A DNA stretch of 64,000 nucleotides from positions 22,904 through 86,903 of IMG/VR virus record IMGVR_UViG_3300025697_000013; one strand, written 5' to 3'. Below are positions 1 through 7,724 of this stretch, in pieces. The stretch's first letter is position 1. The number at the start of each line of letters is the position of its first letter. The stretch is from a virus. Position numbers and translations under genes: made by a program. The notes beneath the pieces are model-generated. The model made no database searches. It had not been told where the DNA came from and worked only from the letters and a program-made list of their open reading frames with translations.

Positions 1-36
1 CCTCCCACCTCACGAGACGCATCGGGATATAGCCGA

Positions 37-234
37 TCACTCCTCCCCCCGCGTCCGCCACAGCGTTACAAGGTTGCGCTCGAACAGCCGCTCCTCTTTC
101 AACGCGGCCTCCAGTTCATCGCGACGACTGAACACGTCCTCAAGCACCGACTCAAGGCTCCTCTCGGGAGGGGACCATGAGACCTTGCCGTGATCGATCT
201 TGACGGTCAGCTCTCCGTTTACGTCCAGGTGCAT
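37..234 (-). CDS. hypothetical protein
   Basis: 65-aa ORF preceded by a GGAGGGG RBS, co-oriented with neighbours. Confidence 0.55.
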   Translation of the reverse strand: MHLDVNGELTVKIDHGKVSWSPPERSLESVLEDVFSRRDELEAALKEERLFERNLVTLWRTRGEE

Positions 235-363
235 TAGTCCCCCTCCCCGGCCTCAAGCCGCTCCTCGCAGGCAACCCACTTAGCCATCCACCACGCCAGT
301 GCCCGCGCACTCATCACCACGCACGCCCCTTCGCCCGTCACCCGGTGGCACTCGGCAAGCGGG

Positions 364-564
364 TCAGGCTCTCCGGGCGCGTCCGTCCAGACCTCCATGG
401 ATACGGGGTCTGGGATGTACTGGGGGGTGGGCGCAGGAGGTTAGGGTCACCAGCATCAAGCCAGCGCCAACGACCCAGGCAGCGACGGTGAGGCCCCTGA
501 CTACGCCTGCCTTCCAGCCCTTTCGGTAGGCATCGATCATCAATTCGCTCTGGTCCATATTCAC
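364..564 (-). CDS. small membrane protein, possibly a lipoprotein
   Basis: Hydrophobic stretch LTVAAWVVGAGLMLVTLTS followed by C; GAGG RBS. Confidence 0.55.
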   Translation of the reverse strand: MNMDQSELMIDAYRKGWKAGVVRGLTVAAWVVGAGLMLVTLTSCAHPPVHPRPRIHGGLDGRARRA

Positions 565-617
565 CCCTCACCTCCCCTTCCCGTCAATCTCGGCAGCCAC
601 GGCCACCACAGGCTCCT

Positions 618-806
618 TCACCTCACGACTGGACTGGGTCGCCGCGCCCATGCTCCGATTGCCAGCATATGAATGCGGCATTCTAGGGTGTGCCCAGTGG
701 ACCGCTCGGGGTCCCACTTGTCGAAATCGCACCCGCACGGCACCCTACCCTCCAGTCTCTTCGCTATGGCGCGCAATTCGTTGTCTATCTGTGATCTGTC
801 TTTCAC
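618..806 (-). CDS. hypothetical protein with Cys/His cluster
   Basis: CxCD...H..ECRIH pattern; GGAGG RBS. Confidence 0.6.
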   Translation of the reverse strand: MKDRSQIDNELRAIAKRLEGRVPCGCDFDKWDPERSTGHTLECRIHMLAIGAWARRPSPVVR

Positions 807-809
807 TTT

Positions 810-1349
810 TCACCTCCCCTTCTCCGCGTAGTTCACCTCGTAGACACCGTGCCTGACCACCACAAGCCGCCCATCCTTCACGTACCGCAACAGGACCTCC
901 TCGACCCGGGCAACGATGTCCAGGCCGATGTCGCCCCCCTTCGGAATATCGAACGCGTGCCGGTGCCACTCCTCCACCCGGAGGTGCGGCAGGAGCGTCG
1001 CCGCGGTGAACGGTTCCCCGCGCCCAGGACGGACCCTCCGTAGAACCCCAGCGATGGCTGCTGACCGTAGCTTCGCCTTCCGAAACTCCCGCCTCCCTGA
1101 ATCGTCCGACAGGCCCCACTGCGTCATGAAGTGGCCGAGGTTGGAGACGTTCCATACCCGCCCCCGGACAGTGGACAAGCCAGCCCGGTTGAGTCGGTCC
1201 ACGATCTGATGCGAGGTGTAGCCAGTGTCCTGACTGTTTCGGATGATAGACCGGACCCGACGATCCTCCGGATGGGGCTGCCGCCGCAGGCGCTTCCAAC
1301 GACGATCCATCCGCAGGATCCGCACGGGTTTTTTTCGATACTCACCCAT
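810..1349 (-). CDS. DNA-binding protein with a recombinase-type helical motif
   Basis: IVDRLNRAGLSTVRGRVWNVSNL resembles the IA..LN..G..T..G..W motif; start placed at MGEYRKK. Confidence 0.55.
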   Translation of the reverse strand: MGEYRKKPVRILRMDRRWKRLRRQPHPEDRRVRSIIRNSQDTGYTSHQIVDRLNRAGLSTVRGRVWNVSNLGHFMTQWGLSDDSGRREFRKAKLRSAAIAGVLRRVRPGRGEPFTAATLLPHLRVEEWHRHAFDIPKGGDIGLDIVARVEEVLLRYVKDGRLVVVRHGVYEVNYAEKGR

Positions 1350-1356
1350 GGGGGGT

Positions 1357-1848
1357 CTACTCTGCGCCTGCATCGTCGCCCTTGCCGTCGTCGCCTTTGC
1401 CGTCATTGAAGAGGTCGCCAGTGCGCATCTCCTGGAAGTCGATGCTCACGGTCATCCCGTGGTGGCAGAGCAGATCCCAGAGGGGGGCCCTGTGCTTCTC
1501 CTCATCGAGGGCCGTCGTGACCTCGAAGGAGAAGAAGTAGTTCACGTTGACATCGCTGTCGTCCTCGGTCGCTCCGGTCACCTCGATCTTCGGCTTCGCC
1601 AGAGGGCTGGAGAACTTGAACGTCCACTCCTTCATCGCCTCCCCGATGGAGAGCCAGTGGGTGGCCAAGGCCTTCGGGCCTGTGACCTTCTGGCCGAACG
1701 CCCCCAGGGACTCACCATTCATCCCGAGGTCCTCCAGCTCGTCCTCGGTGATGTGGGTTCGCAGCTTGATCGTCAGGACTGGCTTCTCGTGCAGCCTCCC
1801 CAGCGCAAACCCCTTGATCCCGCACGTCTTCGTGTCTCTGTGGAACAT
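1357..1848 (-). CDS. hypothetical protein
   Basis: 163 aa, GGAGGAGG RBS, phage-like codon use. Confidence 0.75.
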   Translation of the reverse strand: MFHRDTKTCGIKGFALGRLHEKPVLTIKLRTHITEDELEDLGMNGESLGAFGQKVTGPKALATHWLSIGEAMKEWTFKFSSPLAKPKIEVTGATEDDSDVNVNYFFSFEVTTALDEEKHRAPLWDLLCHHGMTVSIDFQEMRTGDLFNDGKGDDGKGDDAGAE

Positions 1849-1866
1849 TTCACCCTCCTCCGTTGG

Positions 1867-2175
1867 TTAATCCAGGAGACGTAATACCTCAACCATTACC
1901 TCATAGCCGCGGAAAAACCCGCGCTCGTTCTCATACTCCATGGGCCGCAGCCGACCAGTGACGAATATACGCATCCCCTTCTTGCCCCGCTCGAATAGGA
2001 TCTGACCGATGGGCCCCCATGCCGAAATGCGGAACCAGGTCGCCTCGTCGGTACCAGTTTTTTTCACCTTGTAGTTCGACACCACGCTCCCTACGCAGTA
2101 GGGGGTGCCCTTGGGGGTCTCTCTGGTCTCGGGGTCCTTGCCCAGGCGCCCCAGGATCTCGACTCGGTTGTGCAC
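1867..2175 (-). CDS. ssb: single-stranded DNA-binding protein (OB fold only, no acidic tail)
   Basis: NRVEILGRLGKDPE...TWFRISAWG...KGMRIFVTGRL. Confidence 0.93.
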   Translation of the reverse strand: MHNRVEILGRLGKDPETRETPKGTPYCVGSVVSNYKVKKTGTDEATWFRISAWGPIGQILFERGKKGMRIFVTGRLRPMEYENERGFFRGYEVMVEVLRLLD

Positions 2176-2185
2176 TGAATGCTCC

Positions 2186-2746
2186 TTATCGTTTGCGGTA
2201 CGTCAACTCGCCGAACCGCTCCACCAACTCGTGCCTGTCGGCGAGGCCCTGCAGGATGCTATCGATGGCCAGCGGCTCCCCCCCAACGATCCGGACCACG
2301 TGCTCCACGGAGATCACCTCGCATGGCTCGAACTCCCGCAGTCGTGTCCGGATGCGCTCGAGGAGCTTGTCGTCCACCGCGTCGGCCCCAGTGCCTGACT
2401 CGGCATCCCTCGGGGCCAACCGATCATGGATCCCCTTGGCGACCCTCTCGATCAACTCCCCCTGCCCGTTCCGGATCGCCTCTATTGCTGCCAGGAAGAT
2501 CCGCAGCGCCAGGCGGGCCCCCCGGACGTAGGGGTCGTTCTTGCGACCCTGCTCCCCGAGGACAATCCCGCTCTTGTGTGTCTCCTGGAGAATCTTGCGC
2601 AGCTCTCGGGCCAGGGAGGGTTCGCAGATCGATGCGTAGACCCGCGCAGCCACCCACGCGGCCTGGTCCCTCGACGGGATCAGAACCCAGGCATCGTCTG
2701 CCTTGCGCCCGGACACGCGGTGAATGACATCAAATTTCCGTTCCAT
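2186..2746 (-). CDS. hypothetical protein
   Basis: 186-aa ORF overlapping the upstream gene within the operon. Confidence 0.7.
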   Translation of the reverse strand: MERKFDVIHRVSGRKADDAWVLIPSRDQAAWVAARVYASICEPSLARELRKILQETHKSGIVLGEQGRKNDPYVRGARLALRIFLAAIEAIRNGQGELIERVAKGIHDRLAPRDAESGTGADAVDDKLLERIRTRLREFEPCEVISVEHVVRIVGGEPLAIDSILQGLADRHELVERFGELTYRKR

Positions 2747-3104
2747 GGTCCTTCTGCGACTTCGCGTTCGCTACGGTATCGGTCGGGAACGCAGGCCCAA
2801 GCTTCTCCCGCCATGGGATCATGCGCTCAAGGGGGAAATGCTCCAGTGCTTCCTCGTTCCCGGTGATCAAGATGTGCATGAGCCACCACGCGTCTTCGAC
2901 GTACTCCCGCACCGCTTCTCCATGCACCTCGACGAGGACATCCTTGTAGACCTCCAAGGCGATGTTCTCTGCACGCATGGTGTCTTCGGGGTTCTCCTGC
3001 AGCGCCGCGCCGAGCACGACATTCCAGGTGACCCACATCGGCAGCTCCCCGGCTGTCTCCAGGTGGGTACGCCCGATCGCTAGGAGCCTCTCGCGTACCA
3101 TCAT
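2730..3104 (-). CDS. hypothetical protein
   Basis: 124 aa, ATGA overlap with the HTH gene. Confidence 0.7.
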   Translation of the reverse strand: MMVRERLLAIGRTHLETAGELPMWVTWNVVLGAALQENPEDTMRAENIALEVYKDVLVEVHGEAVREYVEDAWWLMHILITGNEEALEHFPLERMIPWREKLGPAFPTDTVANAKSQKDHGTEI

Positions 3105-3382
3105 CGCCGTCTCCCCATCGCCTTCGCCACGGCAGCGGGCCTCTCTCCCTTCGCCGTCTCCAGGAGGATGTCCAACCCAACGCGCTGAAGGTTCCGCACC
3201 GACAGCTTCTCCTTAGACTGGATCAGCAGGCGCACGAGCGTCTCCACCTCCCCTGGGACTTCGTGGATCCCCCTGCACCATCTGCTCACCGTATTGATGT
3301 TCCGTCCGATGAACCTTGCGAACTCCGTCATGGATACACCGAGGTCCTGCCGCAGCGCAGCTTTGAATTCCTGACCCGTCAT
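3101..3382 (-). CDS. XRE/Cro-like helix-turn-helix regulator
   Basis: LGVSMTEFARFIGRNINTVSRWCRG...VP. Confidence 0.85.
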   Translation of the reverse strand: MTGQEFKAALRQDLGVSMTEFARFIGRNINTVSRWCRGIHEVPGEVETLVRLLIQSKEKLSVRNLQRVGLDILLETAKGERPAAVAKAMGRRR

Positions 3383-3447
3383 CGTCTACCTCTCGTGTGC
3401 GGGGTAATTGGTCATGCCGCCTCGGTGATCTCAGTCAACCTGTGGGC

Positions 3448-3477
3448 ACTCTACGCTACGGCGAAAGATGAAGTCAA
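3448..3477 (-). promoter_or_regulatory. sigma70-like promoter TTGACT-N18-TAGAGT
   Basis: Read directly; lies upstream of the HTH operon. Confidence 0.7.
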
Positions 3478-3508
3478 GGATTAATCGACGGTTCGTTGAG
3501 TCGCGGTG

Positions 3509-3931
3509 CTACTTCTTCCGCTTCTTGGGGGGAGACCGACGCCGCGCTGGCGTCCGCTTCGGAGCTGCTGCCGGCGCTGGGGCGGGAGCACTCGCTGCGG
3601 GGAACGTCCCGAATCGCTCTGCCGCCGCTCGGATCCGAACCCCTGTCTTTTCGGTCCCGGGATCGCGGACGAATGCAGCGCTGATCTTCTGCAGGGATCG
3701 GTCGCCCATCTGCTTGTCTGCCCACTCCAACGCCCGCGTCATGGCGTCGATGTTTCGACCCGCCTTGACTGTGGTCCTTGCTACCACGGCGGACTTCCCT
3801 GCCCCGGTCACCCTGTCGTGCGCTGGGCGCCGCGTCACCAGCGGCACCTTCCCTTCGTCGTCTCGGAACTCCACGGTCTGAACATGGACCAGCCGCACCT
3901 CGTACTCTCGCTCACGAATCGTCGTCGTCAT
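3509..3931 (-). CDS. hypothetical protein with basic Ala/Pro-rich C-terminus
   Basis: 140 aa, GGAGG RBS. Confidence 0.7.
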   Translation of the reverse strand: MTTTIREREYEVRLVHVQTVEFRDDEGKVPLVTRRPAHDRVTGAGKSAVVARTTVKAGRNIDAMTRALEWADKQMGDRSLQKISAAFVRDPGTEKTGVRIRAAAERFGTFPAASAPAPAPAAAPKRTPARRRSPPKKRKK

Positions 3932-4256
3932 CCCCGGTACCTCCCTTCTTCTCCCTGAAGAATTCGCACTGCCTGGGGGTCGCCACCAGATTGCAGTTCG
4001 TATCCCCGCGGTCCTTGAAAAACCTGTTTCGACCCTTGAACAAACATCCGCCGTCGTCCTCGAGGTAGTGGCACAGGATCGGCTTACGCACCCGCTTCAA
4101 CGTCGCATTCAGCCAGTCCATCTGGCCCAGACCCAGGGTTATATTCTGCCTCATCTGCTCATGGAGCACAAGAGCACGCCTGCGGGCCCGGTCGTCCAGG
4201 CGCTCCGAAGCCAGGATCTCGTCCAGGATCTCCCGATAACTCATCTCTTCCGACAT
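3912..4256 (-). CDS. hypothetical protein with Cys-rich C-terminus
   Basis: Start placed at MSEEMSY after GGAGGGG; four Cys near the C-terminus. Confidence 0.6.
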   Translation of the reverse strand: MSEEMSYREILDEILASERLDDRARRRALVLHEQMRQNITLGLGQMDWLNATLKRVRKPILCHYLEDDGGCLFKGRNRFFKDRGDTNCNLVATPRQCEFFREKKGGTGDDDDDS

Positions 4257-4702
4257 CGCGTCCCCTCCCATGGTCTCTGTCTTGCCAGCCGCTTCATCCG
4301 GCGCATGTAGTAACACCCGTCCACGCGGCATCCTGAATTGCCCTCATGATAGCCACAGGCCCAAGCACGAGCGCAGCGGCCCCTCCAGTACGAGATTGAC
4401 GATACGCCCGCCCACGCACCCACCCAGAGCCAAGAGACCATCAGAGCGCAAGCAGGGCGCCCGTACCGCCCCCCCGTGACTTGGTACGCCCCGCAAATCC
4501 GCCATGGATGATCGGGGCTCCATGGATCGGGACGGTGGGAGCTCGTGGGATTGCGCCTGTGCTTGCCTTCGATCCAAGCAACAGCAAGGGCCTCGTCGCA
4601 ATCGACGTCGTAGGCCGCTGCGAATGCGCAGGTGTAGATTTCCAGGGCCGTAGCGTCAGGAACCCACGTCCAAAGAATCAGCGCTGTCAGGATTGGAAAC
4701 AC
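4241..4702 (-). CDS. secreted lysozyme/lytic transglycosylase-like protein
   Basis: N-terminal signal-like segment; AAAYDVD...ALAVAWIE, CGAYQV, YHEG..G, YMRRM resemble SLT motifs. Confidence 0.55.
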   Translation of the reverse strand: MFPILTALILWTWVPDATALEIYTCAFAAAYDVDCDEALAVAWIEGKHRRNPTSSHRPDPWSPDHPWRICGAYQVTGGRYGRPACALMVSWLWVGAWAGVSSISYWRGRCARAWACGYHEGNSGCRVDGCYYMRRMKRLARQRPWEGTRCRKR

Positions 4703-4709
4703 TGGCAGG

Positions 4710-5525
4710 CTATTTCTGCTGGCTGGAGTTGCCGAGGTAGTACTCGAAGTGCATGTCGTCCTTGCCCGCGCCGAACCCGCTCCGGCGGTTCAGGAGTTGG
4801 TTGGCCGTGAGCCCGAAAGCCCTCCGGTCCTTCGAGGAGATGCCCCAGCGCCCGCCCCAGTGGAACCCGAGGGCCTCCGCGATGATACGGATCCGTGGGT
4901 TGATCAGCCCGCGCTTGCCCATGCGGTTCTCGCTGGAGTCGACGTCGAAGGCGATCCCCCAGGAGTGGATCGAGAGCCGCCGCTTCGGGTTCCGGCCGAT
5001 GTGGCGACAGGCGTAGGTCCCGATGTCCCGCAGGTCGTCGGCCAGGGACTCCTCCTCGATCACCTCGAGGAAGCGGACCAGGACTGGAACGATCTTCTCG
5101 TGGACCCACTTCTGCCCGACGATGGGGAGCGCGGCCTTCACGATCCGGTAGTCCTTGCTCTTGTTCGTGGGCTTGACCCAGCCCTTCTCCCCCGGCTTCG
5201 GGGTCGGATCGAAGGTCCCGAAGACCTCCCCGATCTCGGAATAGGTCCTGGGGATCCGAGGGAACGAGCCGCGTGCGCGTCTGCTTGCCGCCTCCTGCTC
5301 CAGCATCCGCTTCAGCCGCACCAGATTCTCCATGATCACTAGCTCGGGATCGTAGAGCCGGGTCTCGCGGACCAGGTCCTCCCGGGTGAGCAGAAGCGCC
5401 CGCCGGGTCGCCGGACCGAAGTCGTCGTCCACATTGATCTCCGGCGCCAGGCCCAGGTTGTTCATGCAGCGCTGCAGGCGCCCTACCACCTCGTCCTTCT
5501 CGCCGTACTTCGTAAAACCCTTCAT
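4710..5525 (-). CDS. endolysin: peptidoglycan-binding domain + M15 peptidase
   Basis: VGRLQRCM...VDDDFGPATRRAL (PG-binding 1); SIHSWGIAFD and DDMHFE zinc motifs. Confidence 0.88.
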   Translation of the reverse strand: MKGFTKYGEKDEVVGRLQRCMNNLGLAPEINVDDDFGPATRRALLLTREDLVRETRLYDPELVIMENLVRLKRMLEQEAASRRARGSFPRIPRTYSEIGEVFGTFDPTPKPGEKGWVKPTNKSKDYRIVKAALPIVGQKWVHEKIVPVLVRFLEVIEEESLADDLRDIGTYACRHIGRNPKRRLSIHSWGIAFDVDSSENRMGKRGLINPRIRIIAEALGFHWGGRWGISSKDRRAFGLTANQLLNRRSGFGAGKDDMHFEYYLGNSSQQK

Positions 5526-6100
5526 CGTAGTCTTCCTCCTCGTCGAAGCCTTTCCAACAGCTCGTCAGGGACACCGGCACGCGCCAGAAGTCCCTCCAGG
5601 TTCTGGAGCGTCACCCCGTCGCACCCGAGGTAGATCGCCTCCGCTTCATCGTCCGTTACCTTGAGCCCGAACTCTGCCTGCGCCATCTGCTTTGCCAGGC
5701 GCTTGAGATCCTTCCGCTTCATCCCGACCGTCTGCCGCCCGAGCTGCAAGACCCGCCACTGCGCCGGTTGCCGCCTGACGACGCTCCACCCACGACGCGC
5801 GGCCAGGACCTCCCACGTGGTCGCCGCGGCCACCACCGGGATCACAGCGCTCATGTGCTCGCCGACGTACTGATCCTCGCGGACCAGCAGCCGCTGGTGG
5901 ACCTCCGGATCCCATTCGGGCCAGTCCACCACCTTGACCCACTTCCCACGCCAGAGGATCACTCCCTCCGCAAGGAACCGCTCAACGGCATACCAGTCGG
6001 TCTTGAGGATCCTCCCGCTCCAGATCGGCTTGCGGGCTCTGCGATGTACAGAGATCCCGCTCTTCGTCGCAGGATCAACTCCGAGTACCCATCGCTCCAT
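5522..6100 (-). CDS. RuvC-like Holliday junction resolvase
   Basis: VLGVDPATKSG, VREDQY, TDDEAEAI; start at MERW after GGAGG (6115 is an alternative). Confidence 0.8.
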   Translation of the reverse strand: MERWVLGVDPATKSGISVHRRARKPIWSGRILKTDWYAVERFLAEGVILWRGKWVKVVDWPEWDPEVHQRLLVREDQYVGEHMSAVIPVVAAATTWEVLAARRGWSVVRRQPAQWRVLQLGRQTVGMKRKDLKRLAKQMAQAEFGLKVTDDEAEAIYLGCDGVTLQNLEGLLARAGVPDELLERLRRGGRLR

Positions 6101-6122
6101 TAGGGGTGCCTCCATGGGTCAG

Positions 6123-6151
6123 AGTGTAACAGGGGGAAGATTGGGTGACAA
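6123..6151 (-). promoter_or_regulatory. sigma70-like promoter TTGTCA-N17-TACACT
   Basis: Intergenic, upstream of the resolvase and endolysin genes. Confidence 0.55.
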
Positions 6152-6158
6152 GACGGGG

Positions 6159-7724
6159 TCACAGGTCTACCGCCATGGCCACCGCTACCGGGCGCACCCA
6201 GATCGGGGTGTCAGAGATCAGTTGGCGCTGCCCGGTCCATGCAAGCAGCAGGGTCTGCCCGATCACCGAGGCGATGGCCTGGGCAGCCGGGGCCGGGACG
6301 GCGTTGCCGATCCGCGCCCGCCACGCGCTGTGCGCTTTGCCGTCCAGGTCGAAGTGCTCGTTGGGCTCCACGAGGCCCTGGAGCGCGGCCAGCTCCAGGG
6401 TGGTGAACGGTCGGTGCCAGGTCCCGTCAAGGGCCCTGATGATCCAGGCGCCGTTCTGTGTCGGGCTCGGGAGCTCCGTTGCATCGGGCACGCGGGGATC
6501 AGATGTCCGGTCGGACTTGATCCTGACGCGTGGGTCGGCGAGGGCGAACGCTCCCTGGCCCGTGGTGCTCGCCGAGATCACCGTGCCTGTGGACTCGTCC
6601 CAGTCCGTCACTCTGTACTTGGCATGATCCCAGTTTTTCGATCGGGGATCGGCGATGGAGAACTTTCCGCTGGTGGGCTGGCCGCGGGAGCAGATCGCTC
6701 CAGATGTCTCCTCCCAATCCATGACCCCGAGGCAACTCTCGAAGCCGCTCTGGTGGCGCGGGTCTGCGATGGCCTGGCCTCCGGCAGAGGGACCTCCTCC
6801 GCTTGTGACGGCGCCGGATGGCCCGTCCCACTCGACGACCCGATAGATGTTACGGACGGGGACGATCCCGTAGTCCTTGAGATTCCCCGCCTCCACCTCG
6901 AGCCGTTCCAAGGAGCGCCAGTCCGCGCCGGCCTGGACGAACGCGAGACGCACCCAGGTCCTCCATTGGAGGCGGGGGCTGTGGTGCATCGGGCCAGCGC
7001 GGGGATCGTCCGGGAGCGGGAACCGGCCGAGCACGTCCCCGACCGTGAGCAGTTTCTTCTTCGGCGGCTCGTAGAGGAAGGGCGGCACCTTCTCGCGGTG
7101 GCGAGCCACCAGGAGGAAGCGCTTGCGTTTCTGCCCCAGTCCCCCGAGCTCGCCGCAGTCGTGGGTCGTCTCGGCGACCGCGTACCCGTACTGCTGTAGG
7201 ACCCCAATGATCTGATCCAGGAAGTGCCTGCCGCGGGTGAGGATCCTGGGGACGTTCTCCATGATGAAGAACGCGGGCGGGTCGTCCTTCCACGCCTCGA
7301 GCGCAAGCCAGAAGCCCCGGATGGTGAGCCGATTCAGCGCCTGATACTTGTCGCTCCCGCTCTTGGCCGCGCTCAGGAGGCCCGAGTAGCCCTTGCACGG
7401 CGGGCTCGTGAAGACGACGTCCGGACGTCTGCCGCCGGCAGCGCGCTGGAGATCCTCGGGCGAGGCCTCCCGCCAGTCGTCGGGTGGCTCGTGGCCGTGC
7501 CAGTCGATGTACTGATCCCGGTCGAAGAGATCCAGATACGTGCCCGGGACCCCGGCCAGGACCCGGAAGTCGGCAAGAGCAGCTCGGTCGGTGTCCACCC
7601 CGCCGATGCAGCGGAACTTGGCCGTCACCCGTCCCACCCGGGCCTGGCCTGCGTTGAACCCCTTGGCCCCTCCACCCAGTCCACAGAACAGGTGGAAGTG
7701 CTTGATCTCCCTCCTGTCGATCAC
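6159..7724 (-). CDS. C5-cytosine DNA methyltransferase
   Basis: LFCGLGG, SPPCKGYS, MENVP, QKRKRF, RIGNAVP motifs; GTG start overlaps the recD2 stop. Confidence 0.95.
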   Translation of the reverse strand: MIDRREIKHFHLFCGLGGGAKGFNAGQARVGRVTAKFRCIGGVDTDRAALADFRVLAGVPGTYLDLFDRDQYIDWHGHEPPDDWREASPEDLQRAAGGRRPDVVFTSPPCKGYSGLLSAAKSGSDKYQALNRLTIRGFWLALEAWKDDPPAFFIMENVPRILTRGRHFLDQIIGVLQQYGYAVAETTHDCGELGGLGQKRKRFLLVARHREKVPPFLYEPPKKKLLTVGDVLGRFPLPDDPRAGPMHHSPRLQWRTWVRLAFVQAGADWRSLERLEVEAGNLKDYGIVPVRNIYRVVEWDGPSGAVTSGGGPSAGGQAIADPRHQSGFESCLGVMDWEETSGAICSRGQPTSGKFSIADPRSKNWDHAKYRVTDWDESTGTVISASTTGQGAFALADPRVRIKSDRTSDPRVPDATELPSPTQNGAWIIRALDGTWHRPFTTLELAALQGLVEPNEHFDLDGKAHSAWRARIGNAVPAPAAQAIASVIGQTLLLAWTGQRQLISDTPIWVRPVAVAMAVDL

